Positions 1-13,957 of a stretch of 64,000 bases of DNA are shown piece by piece. The notes beneath the pieces are model-generated. The model was not told where the DNA came from. It saw nothing but the letters and a program-made list of their open reading frames with translations, and ran no database searches. Numbering within the stretch: the stretch's first letter is position 1; every line of letters begins with the position of its first letter. The position numbers and the translations under genes were made by a program. This DNA comes from Mytilus edulis (Eukaryota): NCBI RefSeq assembly GCF_963676685.1, contig NC_092352.1, positions 54,994,001 to 55,058,000 of the forward strand, in the 5' to 3' direction.

Positions 1-66
1 CATGGCGTTGTCAGTTTATTTTAGATTTATGAGTTTGTCTGTCCCTCTGGTATCTATCGTCCCTCT
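1..66 (+). mobile_element. Family A extreme 3' end, cut by the window start
   Basis: catggcgttgtcagttt..tttagatttatgagttt..tgtccct..ggtatct.tcgtccctct. Confidence 0.75.
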
Positions 67-814
67 AGGTGATCTTTTAAACAGTTTGATAAACCGACGG
101 TGCGTTTGCGCTTTTTATTTATAAAAAAAATATATGAAAACAGAATTATCATTTTTCATTCACGACAAATTTAGGCGTGTTTGAGATGGGAACAATAAGG
201 TTCGAGGCATACCTAGGTTTCAGAATTTAACGAATGCATCATTCGAATGTAGCAAACAATATCCCAATTCAATTCATGAAAAGCTCGGCCATTAGTGCAC
301 AGGTATTTATGTTAGATTTCTGTAACCTAGTACAGATGGTGGACAAAAGTGAGTTTCCAATCAAAAATATTTCAACTTAAATCGATATTTTTCAAAAAAT
401 GTATTACCAAGTACTTTTTATGAGCATTTCTTTATAAAATGAATACCGTAAGATGTAGAAATGTGTGATTTTTTTATTGTATATTTGGCCATGATTTTCG
501 TGAGGTTAGTTTTCATTTTCTATTGGTTGAATAACAAATTTTTACGATTTCAGTTTGGTTAGAAACCGAAGCAAAACAAACCTTTCCAGAAATATTTTTT
601 TCTTTTTTGTTCACCTTGTCAGAAAATTAAGATGAGCCTGAAAAATATCATTGCGAAATTAACAATAAAAACTTTAAACATTTCTGCATACTGTGGTATT
701 TCTTTAATATAAATCGGTCATCATTGGTAGTTACTTGGTAATATGTAATATTATATTTTATTTTATCACCCCGTTAATGTATCTTTTATGTTTTTGTGTC
801 TTTGAAGAGTATTT

Positions 815-1062
815 TTCACGCATCGGTGACGATGATGTAATGGAATTTGATGCGACTGTCATACAAGTGAGAGGTTTAGCTAGCTATAAAACCAGGTTCA
901 ATCCACCATTTTCTACATTTGAAAATGCATGTACCAAGTCAGGAATATGACAGTTCTTGTCCATTCGTTTTTGATGCGTTTTGGTTTTTGATTTTGCCAT
1001 GTGATTATGGACTTTCCGAATTGATTTTCCTCTGAGTTCAGTATTTTTGTGATTTTACTTTT
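815..1062 (+). mobile_element. Family B 3' end (similar short copies at about 9240-9480, 14240-14425, 14455-14675, 31040-31190, 38240-38520, 46710-47000)
   Basis: actgtcatacaagtgagaggtttagctagctataaaacc...gtaccaagtcaggaatatgacagt...gattttactttt. Confidence 0.8.
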
Positions 1063-1163
1063 GAACAGCATCCGCCAACTACATTAACTCAGTATAAGTG
1101 ATATCAAATCTTATGTTTATAAACCGCAAATATTCTTTTGTTTAAGTGAATTTTATTTTTTAA

Positions 1164-1786
1164 GGGCATACGATACAGTTACAGTGGAGATCATGACGTT
1201 GCTAACGTAAACTGTTATTTTCGCGACGTCAAACTGTGACATACCGGGAAAAGATGCATTTTTCGACTGATTTTTATCATTCAAACTGATTTAATTTGAA
1301 AACGAGTGCATGGACTCCTATTTTTTAAAACGACATATTGTTTCATTTTGCAGGGAGATTATGTGAACCAAATTTTATAAAACTGTAAATAGTGCATTTT
1401 TTTTAATGTTGATAAATATACAGCAAAAAAATACGTTTTTTTTTCTCAATTCATGACCATTTGATAAATATGAGTTATTTCTTAATAAAAAATTCATAAG
1501 TTTTTAGGATATTTATAAAATACAGAAATTACAAATTATTTAACAAAAAACAATTTGTGTTTATCTTTTAAAAAAAAAAAAATATGGCTTTCTTTCGAAA
1601 GGGAAAATACGGCCACAAATCCGAATTTTGAGCAAATATACAAAATTTCGACCTCATTTAACTCAAAAAGTAGCATATAAAGGTATATTTTTTATTACAT
1701 ATTTGATTTAATCAGGCAAAAAAAATTAGCCTATATATAAATTTTCATCAAACTTAAATACGGGATCAAAACTGTAGCGTATGCCC
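1164..1786. mobile_element. Kolobok-type non-autonomous DNA transposon (MITE)
   Basis: TIR GGGCATACGATACAGTT / AACTGTAGCGTATGCCC (16/17 match); TTAA on both flanks; purine-purine termini. Confidence 0.8.
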
Positions 1787-1929
1787 TTAATTGAGCGTAA
1801 ACGTCCATAAAATTGAAGCGAAAATGCCCATAAAATATTATCAATGTTGTATCAAAAACGCAAACGTCCCGTGTCGGCAAAATAAGTTGCTACTGATCAA
1901 AGAATTTTTTTTTTTTTATACCTAAATAA

Positions 1930-2292
1930 TTACATTAGATGTATGTTTCATTATAATACGTTATTCTGATTGGCTAACTGCACATCACGTGCTATTCCTG
2001 AAACAATTGTATGAGACAATAACATTTATCATTCACGATGACACGAGGTCCCACAATAAAGTGCACAGGTAAATTATATAAAGACTTGATAAAAAACGTG
2101 TTTTCATGATTCTAGCTAAAAAAATGTAATTATAAGTATTGAATGCTTCTTTTTGTAACTTTATAGGGTTGTAAAAGCGTTGACCGTGCGCACATTTTTA
2201 GTATGAAGCGCTTCCGCGCTTCATACAAAATGTACTTCGGTCAACGCTTTTACACCCCAATAAATTTACAAAAAGCAGCATTCAATTCTTAA
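1930..2292 (+). mobile_element. Non-autonomous element with a terminal ~160-bp hairpin (Crypton-like candidate)
   Basis: ttctgattggct near the 5' end; imperfect inverted repeat at 2133-2291. Confidence 0.55.
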
Positions 2293-3775
2293 TTAATGTT
2301 CTAGGTAAAATAAATTGAATTAATGTATATTGAAATTTTATATACCATGCGCACGCAAACAACACAAATGACATGCATTTTCTGATCCCTCTATCACGGA
2401 ACATGTCATACCCTTTCAACGACTGATATATAAAAAGGGAGTTGGGTAACCCCATGAAAATTATATATCAAAAGAAAGGAAAATAATACCTTAAAAACAT
2501 CTGATTTTTATAGAAAAATCGTAGGATTGGTTTAAACTGCAGAATAACTAAAGCTTGAAATTTCGTATTTTTGGTTTAAATTTGACGTTATGTCTATGTA
2601 CTTTATGTTGTTTCCTTACCATTTTCAAATGTCTGGAACTCGGAAATTAGATCGGTGACCAACTGAAATTTTTCGATTTTTCATTATCTTTTGATGATAA
2701 GTTATATATGTATACAATTTCTTTTGAAAATTGACGAACAAGCCATTTACTCACCTGTTACCTGAATATGATAACAAGGATATTATTTGATGAAAATAAA
2801 AGCTTAGGTTTGTCCATTAAAACACGATTTAAAATATTTGCGTCTCAGTATATGATCTTCAAAGATACACACATTTTAATGTACCAAATAGTAAATAATA
2901 GCCTCTTTCCAAAAATGATTTTGAAGCAAACAAATATAACCGTGTTACGACTATTTTTAGTCAGTTATTGCCATATTTGGTATTTATCATTTTCTTTTTT
3001 GCAGATGTGAAGTCAGGTAACAACCTTGAAATTGACAGCTCTTTTCTAGTGTAGTACCACCCAGTGCCGCATTAAACTGAACGATAGATATGTAAATAGA
3101 AACTTTCTGTTACACTTTTGAACCATCAACATGCATTTGTACGCATGCATTTGAATTTCTTGGACACATTTTTTCATTGAATTGATCCTGGATAATATTG
3201 GCCCACACTATAAAATCATATAAATGATAAACATGTTTCTATATTGTCATATAAGGGGAAAATGAATCTTATTCTTGCAAAGATACAACTTAATACAATA
3301 ATAAATTTTCACATAACCGTAGATAATGATATCATCCTTAGAGCTCACCAGTTGAAAACTGCATGTGGATCGGGAATGAAAAATGCCATGATAGCGTCTT
3401 TTAACCGTTTATGCATGTCATAAAAGTAAAACTATAAATGGATATCTGAGACTATTATACTAACTAGTACAATAATCCCAGTTGATACATATTCCAAAAC
3501 GAACAAAAACTGCCATATGTCTCATTTACACCTGTTCCGTCACTGTGCGTTATTCTCCAGTACTTCGGTAGTGGTATTTTTCAAATGATATAATTTTGTC
3601 TGAATTATACAATTATATGAATTTGCTAAAGATAAAGTTCGATTCATATTGGACATGTTCGTGTACTAATATATCCGCTACCCTAAAATTTGGGGTTTGA
3701 GAGTTATTGATAAATGTAACACCAGAAAAGCGACTAATTTTCATTTTAAATACCTCAAACCCAAAATTGGTCTTA

Positions 3776-4179
3776 AGCTGGGATCACACATTCACAATTT
3801 TTACTGCCGTCCTTGACAGGACCATTACCGATTAAAATTTGTCAAAAGTCTGATGAAGATCCTGTGAATCGTGGATGGAAATTCAAACTTTAATTAGAAT
3901 TTGTAAAACAAATAATATAATCACGACAACAGTCAAATATTGTTCAGGAAGCTTCGATATTCAACCATTTTCAAGCGAATTTATCCCGATAATCCCGTTC
4001 TCAATTCGCTTCTAATCCAATTTGTATCTTTTGCCTGGTAAAATTCGACCGAGTCTGTCACGACTGCGTCCCGATTCTACCGAATGTAATCAAACAGATA
4101 TAAGACTTTTTCACTTTTCGTGTCGTATCGCTGTCTGATCTCAAACGGGAGCAATAATTGGCAATGTGTGAACCCCGCA
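3776..4179. mobile_element. PIF/Harbinger-type MITE
   Basis: TIR GCTGGGATCACACATT / AATGTGTGAACCCCGC (14/16 match); TTA flanks at 3773-75 and 4180-82. Confidence 0.65.
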
Positions 4180-4629
4180 TTAGGCATTTTTAGCTATTCG
4201 ATTTCGACACTTTTGGTTTTCGTGCTCTGTGTGCTCATCTGCGAAAAAAGCTAGCTTCAAATAATATTGTTTTTGTATTTTGATCGTACTACTTCCAATG
4301 TCTTGTAAAAGAATTAGGAATCAAATAGCTTCAGGTAATCATGCACACATACAAAAATATATCATTTGACAAAGATTAGATTTTGGCGAATCATATGTCC
4401 TTCATGGCCTCAATAAACGTTACATTGAGCATCAAATCGGAGGACTTACCTTGTTTGTATTGGATTTACCTGACTAAACATCTGCAAAGGAATTATTCAT
4501 TAGATTGACAATAAAAAAACTGTTCGTAGTGAAGGGGTTCTTTAGAAATATTGCGAAAATCTTAACTCGCATTGTGGTACTAACCATATTCGTACATTAA
4601 AAGAAGAAACAAGTGATCAGTTTCTTATT

Positions 4630-5765
4630 TACAACATATTTCTTAAATTTGGAGGTTGAATTTTTCACCAGATTGCCGGCATTCCTATGGGAACTGTGAC
4701 TCTCTTTGCCGACCTGTTTTTATTTGTCAAAACAAGATGATCAAAGCAGCCAGATCATTAATTTTCACATACATATGATGTTATTTCTATTTGCAATCAA
4801 TTTTGTTTTCTGTGTTTCAAGAACTAGAAATTAACGAGACAACAGACACGACTCCTTCCGCCTCATTTTTAGACTTAAACTTCGAATTGGACATACGCAA
4901 TAATCTTGGTACTAGATTCAATGACAAACGAGACGATTTTAATTTTGAAATTATGAATTGACCCCACCTTAGCAGCAATACAACAACTTAACCTGCATTA
5001 TGGGATATACATTTTCCAACTCATGATTCGGTATTCAAGAGCTTGCAGCTGCTACTCCGACTTTATAAAACGTAATCATATCTAAACAGAAAATCGATAA
5101 ACAGGGTTATGTCAAAGAACGTCCCGTCCTTATTAAAAAAAAAGAAGCTCATCGGAGGATACCAAGACTGCCTTGTTGATAAATATTCCATATCAACTTC
5201 ACAAATCATATACGATGGTCTTAAAGTATAAATGTTAATTTCTTGCTTTAGTGTTTCCATTTGTCTTTGTATATTATTAACCTTAATTGTTTATTCCATT
5301 TTTGACATGACTCGGTATCTATACACCCTGCCATAGTGTTATTGTGCTATGGTCATTTTTTGGTGTTCTTGTCTTTTATGTTTGCTTTTAAACTTTGTCT
5401 ATATGCATTTTTTTATTTTCTTTGTTGAAATATATTTATATGCTGGTATACTGATTAAGAATATAACACTGTTGACTGCTGTCCCCCAATGACAATTTTA
5501 TCTATTATTTCCGTTTGTTTTGCTCACATATTGTTGTCAATATAATACAATTATATGCGACTATCATACAAATGAGAGGTTAAGTTAGCTTTTAATACAG
5601 TTTATACACCATGCCTTAAATGAGGAAATGATTGTACCAAGATAGGAATACAACAGTTATTTTCCATTGATTTCGTTTGACCTGTTTGAGTTTTTGATTT
5701 TGCCATTTGATGAACGACTTTCCGTTTGAATTTTCCTTTAGTTAATTTTGCAATTCTGGTTATTT
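4630..5765 (+). mobile_element. Degenerate family B copy (RT plus 3'UTR)
   Basis: ggcattcctatgggaac, gaactagaaattaa, atgacaaacgagacgattttaatttt and ccccaccttagcagcaata are colinear with 25560-27110. Confidence 0.75.
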
Positions 5766-6751
5766 CAACGATTTAAATATTAGCTTTCAAATCTTTGGTT
5801 TACACCATATACCCTATGTACTAATGCATATTAACTTATTCAAGTTATAGTATGCACATATAGATCATATTATAAGTTTTTACAGGTTAATATATTATCT
5901 CATTAACTGTACGGTATTAGGCGTATTCGCATTTGTTACTGTTGCAGCATTGAGATATAGAAAGCTAGGGATCCCTGATGCACACTTCCATACCCCTCAA
6001 ACCCTATTTTTCTCCTCTAACTTCCAATTTCCATTCCTTGACTCCCAATGGCATCCGTTCGTTCTTCACAATAGTATGCAAATTTGTATCTTTAACAAAT
6101 TTGAAAAGTTTCGATATGTAGTTTCCTATAAGAGGAAGTTTGGAAATTGTCCAATCAGGGTGTAATCATTATTCTTGCAAAATTTAGTTACAAGGATTCC
6201 TAAGATGATGCAGTGAAAGTTAACACACGACGCTAGATGCAAACTCATATATAAAATATATATTTTCTCTGAAAACGTGTTAGTTTGAAAAAGGAAAAAC
6301 AAATATCTTAACAATATTTATAGCATACATGAGGTTAATAGATGACAAGAAAAACATTTTAATAAGCGCCACAAAACTTCTAAATAGTTGAAAAATACAA
6401 TTATTCTCAAATAATGAATGTTTTGTTACCTATAATTGACCAACCAATTATCTCTATTAGTAAAAGGTGTATGTAGTGTAGGTGGGCTCTTCCACTTCTT
6501 TTCATTTAACAATTTTGATGATTTATTTACTCACTAATTAGCGAAAGGTTGAAGTATCTGCGGTTTGAACCGACATAGGGAGGGTTACTTCTTCAAGGAT
6601 TTCATTGACCTGTAAACCACATCTTCTTTAATACTACATCTTCCAATTAACGTCTACACTAAGTGATCTATGATGCAAACTCTGATATTTCTTTCAATTA
6701 TCATAGCAGTTTGACGTAGGAATAAATGCTGGACGAAATGTATTATATTTT

Positions 6752-7070
6752 AGTTTAAACATATTTATTCATAGTGGATTTGGAAACAAGTTATAGATAC
6801 TTATATCGAGCCCTTTTCACTTTGCAGGTGCGAGTGCTGCCTTGTAGTGACATTGCTCTTTTTCGAAATCTACAAGGGTGTCTTTTACGTAAAAGAGACA
6901 TTGCGCTCTCTTAACAAGGGTCAGCCATTTGTCGTCCCCTTCCGACGGATTATCATCGTTTCTCTTGACCATACTCGCAAATGGTACCAAGTCCATGAAA
7001 TTTTCTCCCCGGAACGGTGATCGAACCAGGAATATTGTGTTAGTAGTCCGATGCGCTAATCACTGTACAC
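6752..7070 (-). mobile_element. tRNA-derived SINE with a Deu/Nin-like central domain
   Basis: Minus strand shows box A-like GTACAGTGATTAG and box B GGTTCGATC, then CCGTCGGAAGGGGACG..CGTAAAAGACACCC..TTTCGAAAAAGAG, ending AATAAATATGTTTAAAC. Confidence 0.6.
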
Positions 7071-10000
7071 TAAAAATATCATATTTTGAAGTATACTGAT
7101 CACAAATCATCATTGTTAGAAAAACTGTTTAAAAGTAAAACAATCTTTGGATTGATGATAAACTATTGTGATCCTCATTATGAGTATTTTTGTTATTGCG
7201 TGTTATATATCATATAAAAATAAGGAAGATGTGGTACGATTGTCAATGAGACAATTTTCCACCAGAGACCAAAATACGTAAAAGCTTATTTCTGAAATAA
7301 AATACAATTTGACAATTTTCATTCATTTTATGACCAAACGCCATGAGATTTCTAATTACTCTCAGTATGCTCATAAAATTACGGGAAATGTTGTTATCAC
7401 AAAATTTTGGACAGTTAATATGAATGAATTTCTACGTACCAGACACAATTAGCAAACATAAACATTTTACATAATTTCAACTATTATAAATTGCTTTCAA
7501 TCAGATCTCTTGAGATTTGTTTCTGTATTTCTTTTAGTCCGATGTCTAGAAAATGTAATTAAACGCTTTTCTCTTCACACGTCATTAAGAAAGTCAAGGT
7601 CCAATAATGTCCAGGGCAAAGTTAAGTTTTACATACTGAATTATTCAAAAATTAACGATCAATTATCAAATTTTCGATACTCTTAAGTATCGTTTAAGTA
7701 AAAATGAAAATAACTAAAAAATAAGGGGAAAATAAAGGGATGTGGTATATACGTCATAGAGACGACAAACCAATGATAGGAACAAACTCAAAAGAGAATA
7801 TGACTTTGCTATCAATAGACCCAACAAATCAGTCAAATGTGATTGTTTTACGGAATAAAGAGTGAATCTTTTACTTATGTTCAAAGACCATTCGCTCATA
7901 ATAAAGTAATGAAAATAACCTCCCTGCCAATAAAGAATATACCCTTTTCTTTTGTGATTATTGCTATAAAAGTAAGAAGATGACACTGAGGATTTTGTAA
8001 AATGCCAAATAACACTTGCTGGTTAATTACCTTAAAGCCGTTCTATAGGTCAAAGATCATAAGTTCATAGATAACAAAGTAACAAAGTTGATATTTTGTA
8101 TGAATTCATATAATCGAAATCTATTTTGTGAAGATACAAGTAAATTGAAAAAAACACACTTAAATAAAATAAAAGCCAGCGTTGTAAAAACACAGGAATA
8201 TAATTAGAATGTTTAATACAAAAATATGATACAGGAAAATACTATCATTTACAACCATTTAGTCCTAATAATAACATACTTATTCGTTGATCACATATAT
8301 AGATTGATTGTTGTTTGTTTACGCCCTGTGGCATTCGGCAATCCTCGGTAGAATCCGCGACCCTCCTTCTGTGAGGGTACGGAATTGGCCGAGTTGAGAC
8401 GAATGCACCAATGAGATCAAGGGTTCATTGGTTGAAAATATGAACCAGAATTAGAAAATAAAAAGTTCATACATTTCGCCTTGCGATATTCACAGTCCAA
8501 CTACGTACCATTGACAAAGAATCGTTGCAAGAATTGTATTCCAACTGGAAACACGTCATTAGGTAGTCCAAAAGCGATAATCGGTGTAGCAAAAAAGATA
8601 TGCACTGAAATATCAATTAATTGATAAGAAATCAGTTTCATAATCTACAAAAGTTAATTGTTATCTTAAAAAGGATAATCTTCAATTAAGTAGATGATTA
8701 AGCCACTCCCGACCAGGTCAAATGTATAAAGTAATTTAGTTCCTGTAATCTGATAAATTAACAACTTATTCTCTAAACGTACAAGAATGACAAATATAAA
8801 AAAAAAACTGTTAAAATTTGTAATTGCTCACATGTGTTGCCTGGGAGCAAACACATTTTTTGAAGCTACATATATATATTGTAATTAAACCACTTTCATA
8901 TGCTATTATAGGGTTGAACACTTATAATCGTTAAAATATAACAAAGGGTGAAATAAAATATCTTAATCAAAACAAATATTTAAAAATCGAGTACGTTGAC
9001 TTGTTGAATATATTACATTTTTTCATAAGTGTAATATGATTTTTTTTATACATCGTCAATAAGACAGCAGTCGAACGAAAACCCTTCCCCTCAAAAAACA
9101 ACAACAAAAAATACATTTGTCTATAAATATAAGCCGACAATGAGTATGCTTAAATGAGCAAACATAAACCAATATATAAAGGTAAATACATATTTGCTAA
9201 TATACTTTTTTGCTCTTCTTTGTTAAATATTTGTAAACTACTGTACCCCTTTTTTTGACATTTCTACCTATAATGTCTGTTTGTTTTGTTCACACATCGT
9301 TGTTAATATAATATCATTTGATTCGACTGTCATACAAGTGAGAGGTTAAGCTTTTTTTTTAAACCAGTTATAATCCGCCATTTTCTGCATAAGAAAATGC
9401 CTATACCAAGTTAGGAATATGACAGGTATTTTCCATTGTTTGATGTGTTTTATCATTTGATTTTGCCATTTGATTAGTACTTGATATATAAAAGTTATAT
9501 TTCATAAAGTATAGTTAGTTAATGAGTGTACAGTACATACACTATTGTCAAGTTGTCTCAGAGGCCTTAGATAAAACCCTGCTACACAAGGGAAGACAAA
9601 ATTAGTCAGCTTCTAAAAATTTACAGACCTTACATTGATGCTTTAAATTTCAGACGAAGTTTCTATAGTCAGTCGAGCAAAGCATAGATATAAATGTCTG
9701 TACTTCACTATTTTTCCGTGTTCGACATTTAAGCACAATGCAGGATTCTCTCTAAAAAAAAAAGAGACCGGGAAGTGCGCTATTTGACTATCACTGCTCA
9801 GCAACAAATGAACCTCAAAATATTCTAAGTTTAATGGTGATAGAATTAGACAAGTATTCATTCTACCTACGATTGATTCTAAGGCTTAGTCATGGCCAGT
9901 TCATCTTAATATGCACAAAATATAAAAAAAAAAAAAAAAAACAAAAAAAAAAAAAAAAACCCACACCGTTTTGTTTTTAATTTATTTTTTTTTAACTTTA

Positions 10001-11204
10001 AATGCCTTGATATTTTATTTATTTTTATAATTTATAACCAGGTGAATCTTTTTTTTTTAATATCTCATCTTTCCTTTTAACTTGTTAAGTTTTATTTTAC
10101 TCTATTAAAGCTCAACCCACCAACCGTTATCATCAGTGCTCCGATACTTAAAATGACTGTTTGACGAATGTCATCTCAGTAGTCATAGCGACCACGTGAT
10201 AGTTATAAAACCATTATCTTTTCAATTCCATAATTGTCTCTACTTGCTTGTTTAAACAATGTAGGCGGGAATTAATTTGAATTTTGAGCATTATGATTAG
10301 AATGAATGAGAAATCGCCTGAAAAAAATGAATGAAAAGTCGCCTGAAAATTATAAACTACTGATATATTTAATAAACAATCATACTGTATATCATGTCAC
10401 CAAACCACTAATTGCTCTTAGTTGATTCCCCCTAGGTTTTGTTTTATTTCTCTGAAGTCTGGTTTAGATATCAGTATAACTTGACAGAGAGCTAACTTCA
10501 CTCCTACACAAAATATTAAAACAAAAGATTAAGTTAAAATGAAAACACAGACAAAAGTTGATAGATATGTTTGATCTTACATGATTGAATATTCATCAGA
10601 GGAATGAAGTTTCACTTTAACATCTAATATTGAGAGCAAAACTAAGTGAAAACATTTACCGATGCTATTTCAGTATTTACAAATATTGTATATCACTCCA
10701 TGATTCATGTTGAGAATTATAATTATTCCCCGGAGACCAAATTTTGTACAAAACAAGATATTACACTACAAGAATAATTCGAAAACAATATTGCAACAGT
10801 TTTGGTATAAGTCAGTGCGATATCTTTGGCAGGAAACGTCTAATAATTCATTTCAAAATTCAAATCAGTTCAGATTAGGCAAGAGCAGTCAATAGAATAC
10901 TTAAATACTATCGACACAGACACGATGTCTGAATGAGTGAATCTGTTGCTGCTATAACTAATTCTGATGCCATTTTGGTCAAATCTGAAGTACAATTAAA
11001 GATAATTATACAACCATATTAGGTACTTGATAATCATATGTCGCAGTTTTTTAGGTTTAATTGGGTGCAGGAGTGAGCATTAGTCAGAAATGGAAGCAAG
11101 TTATCAGACACGTTGTAACAGTTATACTTAGACAAAACCTGATCTTGAAAGATTAAAGGCTTTTCAAATTTATATCCAAGCTTCATATGAAACATATATA
11201 CTTG

Positions 11205-11485
11205 TTATTTCTCTTATTTTTTTAGTGTAAATTCACATTGTGATAAGACGTGTCACGGTACTTGTCTATCCCAAATTCATGTATTTGGTTTTGATGTTAT
11301 ATTTGTTATTCTCGTGGGATTTTGTTTGATGCTTGGTCCGTTTCTGTGTGTGTTATATTGTAGTGTTGTGTCGTTGTTCTCTTATATTTAATGCTTTTCC
11401 CTCAGTTTTTGTTTGTCACCCCGATTTTGTTTTTTGTCCATGGATTTATGAGTTTGAACAGCGGTATACTACTGTTGCCTTTATA
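11205..11485 (+). mobile_element. Family C 3' end (others: 27637-27870 minus, 29890-30190 minus, 28700-28875 plus)
   Basis: gataagacgtgtcacggtacttgtctatcccaaattc...gcggtatactactgttgccttta. Confidence 0.8.
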
Positions 11486-11521
11486 TACAACCGTCAATAA
11501 TACTTATAACTTTTTATATAT

Positions 11522-11712
11522 AAGATTACCTTAGCTGTATTTGGCAAAACTTTTAGGAATTTTGGTTCTCAATGCTCTTCAACTTCGTACTTTATTTGGC
11601 CTTTTTAACTATTTTGGATTCGAGCGTCACTGATGAGTCTTTTGTAGACGAAACGCGCGTCTGGCGTATATACTAAATTTAGTCCTGGTATCTATGATGA
11701 GTTTATTTGCAA
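11522..11712 (+). mobile_element. Partial retrozyme-like repeat (second subtype) with intact hammerhead
   Basis: agattaccttagctgtatttggc...caatgctcttcaact...hammerhead...cctggtatctatgatgag, homologous to 33569-33929. Confidence 0.8.
11624..11667 (+). ncRNA. Minimal type-I hammerhead ribozyme, intact core
   Basis: GCGUCA-CUGAUGA-GUCU(UUUGU)AGAC-GAAA-CGCGCG-UC^-UGGCGU: stem I, stem II, palindromic stem III (ACGCGCGU); predicted cleavage after 11661. Confidence 0.9.
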
Positions 11713-11984
11713 CTATCAAGACGAAGAAAACTATGTAATGCATAACATAGGAGGAAAATGAAGGACATCATGGATTAAAAAATAATGTCAATAGATTAAT
11801 CCATTTTTATTTGTTTATCGTCCAGCGACAAATATTTCATAGCATATATTCAGAACATAACAAGATGATAATCAATATAGTTTGTATGTTTGTCAAAAGT
11901 GGATAAAACACTTACAAATTACACTGTAATGGAAAACGAGGAGTTGGACAGACACAACAATTTTGTTTCGCAACAGTTAACTTA

Positions 11985-12210
11985 TTTTATGGTCATTTCA
12001 TTAAACTGCCGGTTTACAAAACTATGAATTTTTCGAAAAACTAAGGATTTTATTATCCCAGGCATAGTATTACCTTAGCCATATTTGGCTCAACTTTTTT
12101 AAATTTTTAGATCCCCAATGCTCTTCAACTTTGTACTTGTTTGGCTTTTGTAGACGAAACGCGCGTCTGTCATTTTAAATTATAATCCTGGTACCTATGA
12201 TAACTATTAA
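11985..12210 (+). mobile_element. Retrozyme-like repeat with the 5' half of the hammerhead deleted
   Basis: Aligns with the monomer but jumps from cttgtttggc to ttttgtagacgaaacgcgcgtc, so CUGAUGA is missing. Confidence 0.75.
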
Positions 12211-12721
12211 CTTGTTCATCACTCAAAAGGTCTTATACGTGAAGAGAGTTAAGCACTTTACCCTTCAAGAGGCATCCCATTATAAGACCCCATTATGACC
12301 AAATTGGCTGCGTTTCTATACATCCCGCACAGTCATACGGACGACCCCTTCTAGACATGGGTTTTATTACCTGACGTGGGAATTCCAACATAAACCATTG
12401 GCTCTATATATATATATGTGCTATGATTTTCTGAAAAGATATTATTTGCACACACGATACAATTATAAATTTCATACAACTATTCAAATGAAGTATGAAA
12501 AGTACACACTTCAACCATAAGTATTTTGTATTGGAAGTACTATTTTGTTCTGTTAAATCTCCATGAACTCACAATTTGTTTATCCATCCTGCATTGTTAT
12601 GGGAATCAACTGTGATATTTTCCTCATAAAATTCTTCCTTTCTTCACAATAGATGGAGGCCTTACAGGAAAAGTCGAAAAAAATGTTGTTCATTCCCTGA
12701 AAACTATGCACACCAATTAGA

Positions 12722-12950
12722 CGAGTGCCACCTGTGAAGCAGGATCTGCTTACCCTTCTGCAGCACCTGAAATCACCCCCAGTTTTTGGTGGGGTTCATT
12801 TTGATTAGTCTTAAATTAGTATTCTATGTTGTGTCGTGTGTACTATTAATTGTCTGTTTGTCTTTTTCTTTTTTTTTAGCAATTGCGTTGTCAGTTTATT
12901 TTCGATCGATTTGTGTGAATGTCCCTCTGGTATCTTTTGTCTCTCTTTTG
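12722..12950 (+). mobile_element. Family A 3'UTR fragment
   Basis: gtgccacctgtgaagcaggatctgcttaccctt...ggtatcttttgtctctctttt. Confidence 0.8.
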
Positions 12951-13394
12951 AGACTCTTTTGTTTCATGTAGCTAATTTGAGCTTTGGACTTTTTATCTGT
13001 TTTCGCTTTGCCATTGATAATTTATCTTCCGTATTTTTCATTTGTTTCAATAACGTGCCTATGATTCATATTGAGTCGCCTCTTAGTTATATCATATTCT
13101 AAACACATTGTTTTTCTCACTTAGATTTCATTTGGTCTGCTTGATTTTCTGAGAAAAACATGTTGCATGAATATCAAGGAACATTTTAAATGCCGCAATT
13201 TATTATGAGTTCATTATGATGATTTTTAAAACAGATCCTTTTGTTTAGATGATAAATCATTCGTTTGTTTACAATATTGATACTGGTATTTCATTTTTGT
13301 CAACATCATTCATTAGCCTTATTTATAAAGTAAATCTAAATGTTGAATTAAAAAAAAATCATTCATGTATTTCGTAACCTTTTCGATTACAATT

Positions 13395-13957
13395 AATGGA
13401 TGTCAGCGACTGCTAGATATGTTAAAGAGAACAAATCTATAACTGGGCATCGTACTCTCAGATATGTACTTAGTTTCTGTTTGTTGTTGGGATATACAAG
13501 TACCAGGCCACGTCCACTCTGTGTAATATTTATATTTGTATCCATCTGATAAGTAAAGTTTTTGCAACTGATTTTTATAGTTAGTTCTTTTGTTGTACTG
13601 TTACAACACTGTCCCATGTTAGGGGAGGGTTGGGGTTCCGCTTACATGTTTAACCCCGCCTCTTTCTGCATGTATGTGCCTGACCAAGTCAGGAGCCTGT
13701 AGTTAAGTGGTCGTCGTATGTTTATGTGTTATATATTTGTTTTTCGTTCATTTTTTGTATATAAATTAGGCCGTTAGTTTTCTCGTTTGAATTGTTTTAC
13801 ATTGTCATTTCGGGGCCTTTTACAGCTGACTATGCGGTATTGGCTTTGATCATTGTTGGAGGCAGTACGGTGATCTATAGTTGTTAATTTCTGTGTCATT
13901 TGGTCTCTTGTGGAGAGTTGTATCATTGGCAATCATACCACATCTTCTTTTTTATAT
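13395..13957 (+). mobile_element. Family D non-coding retroelement 3' region (others: 55665-56000 plus; 34300-34900, 39885-40180, 41805-41975, 7218-7280 minus; 63170-63220 plus)
   Basis: Recurrent tail cattggcaatcataccacatcttctttttt; internal ttaaccccgcc..cctg..caagtcagg module. Confidence 0.7.

Noticed and set aside
329-360. Tc1/mariner-like TIR (tacagatggtggacaaaagtgagtttcc)
   Set aside because: No matching opposite TIR was found in the window.
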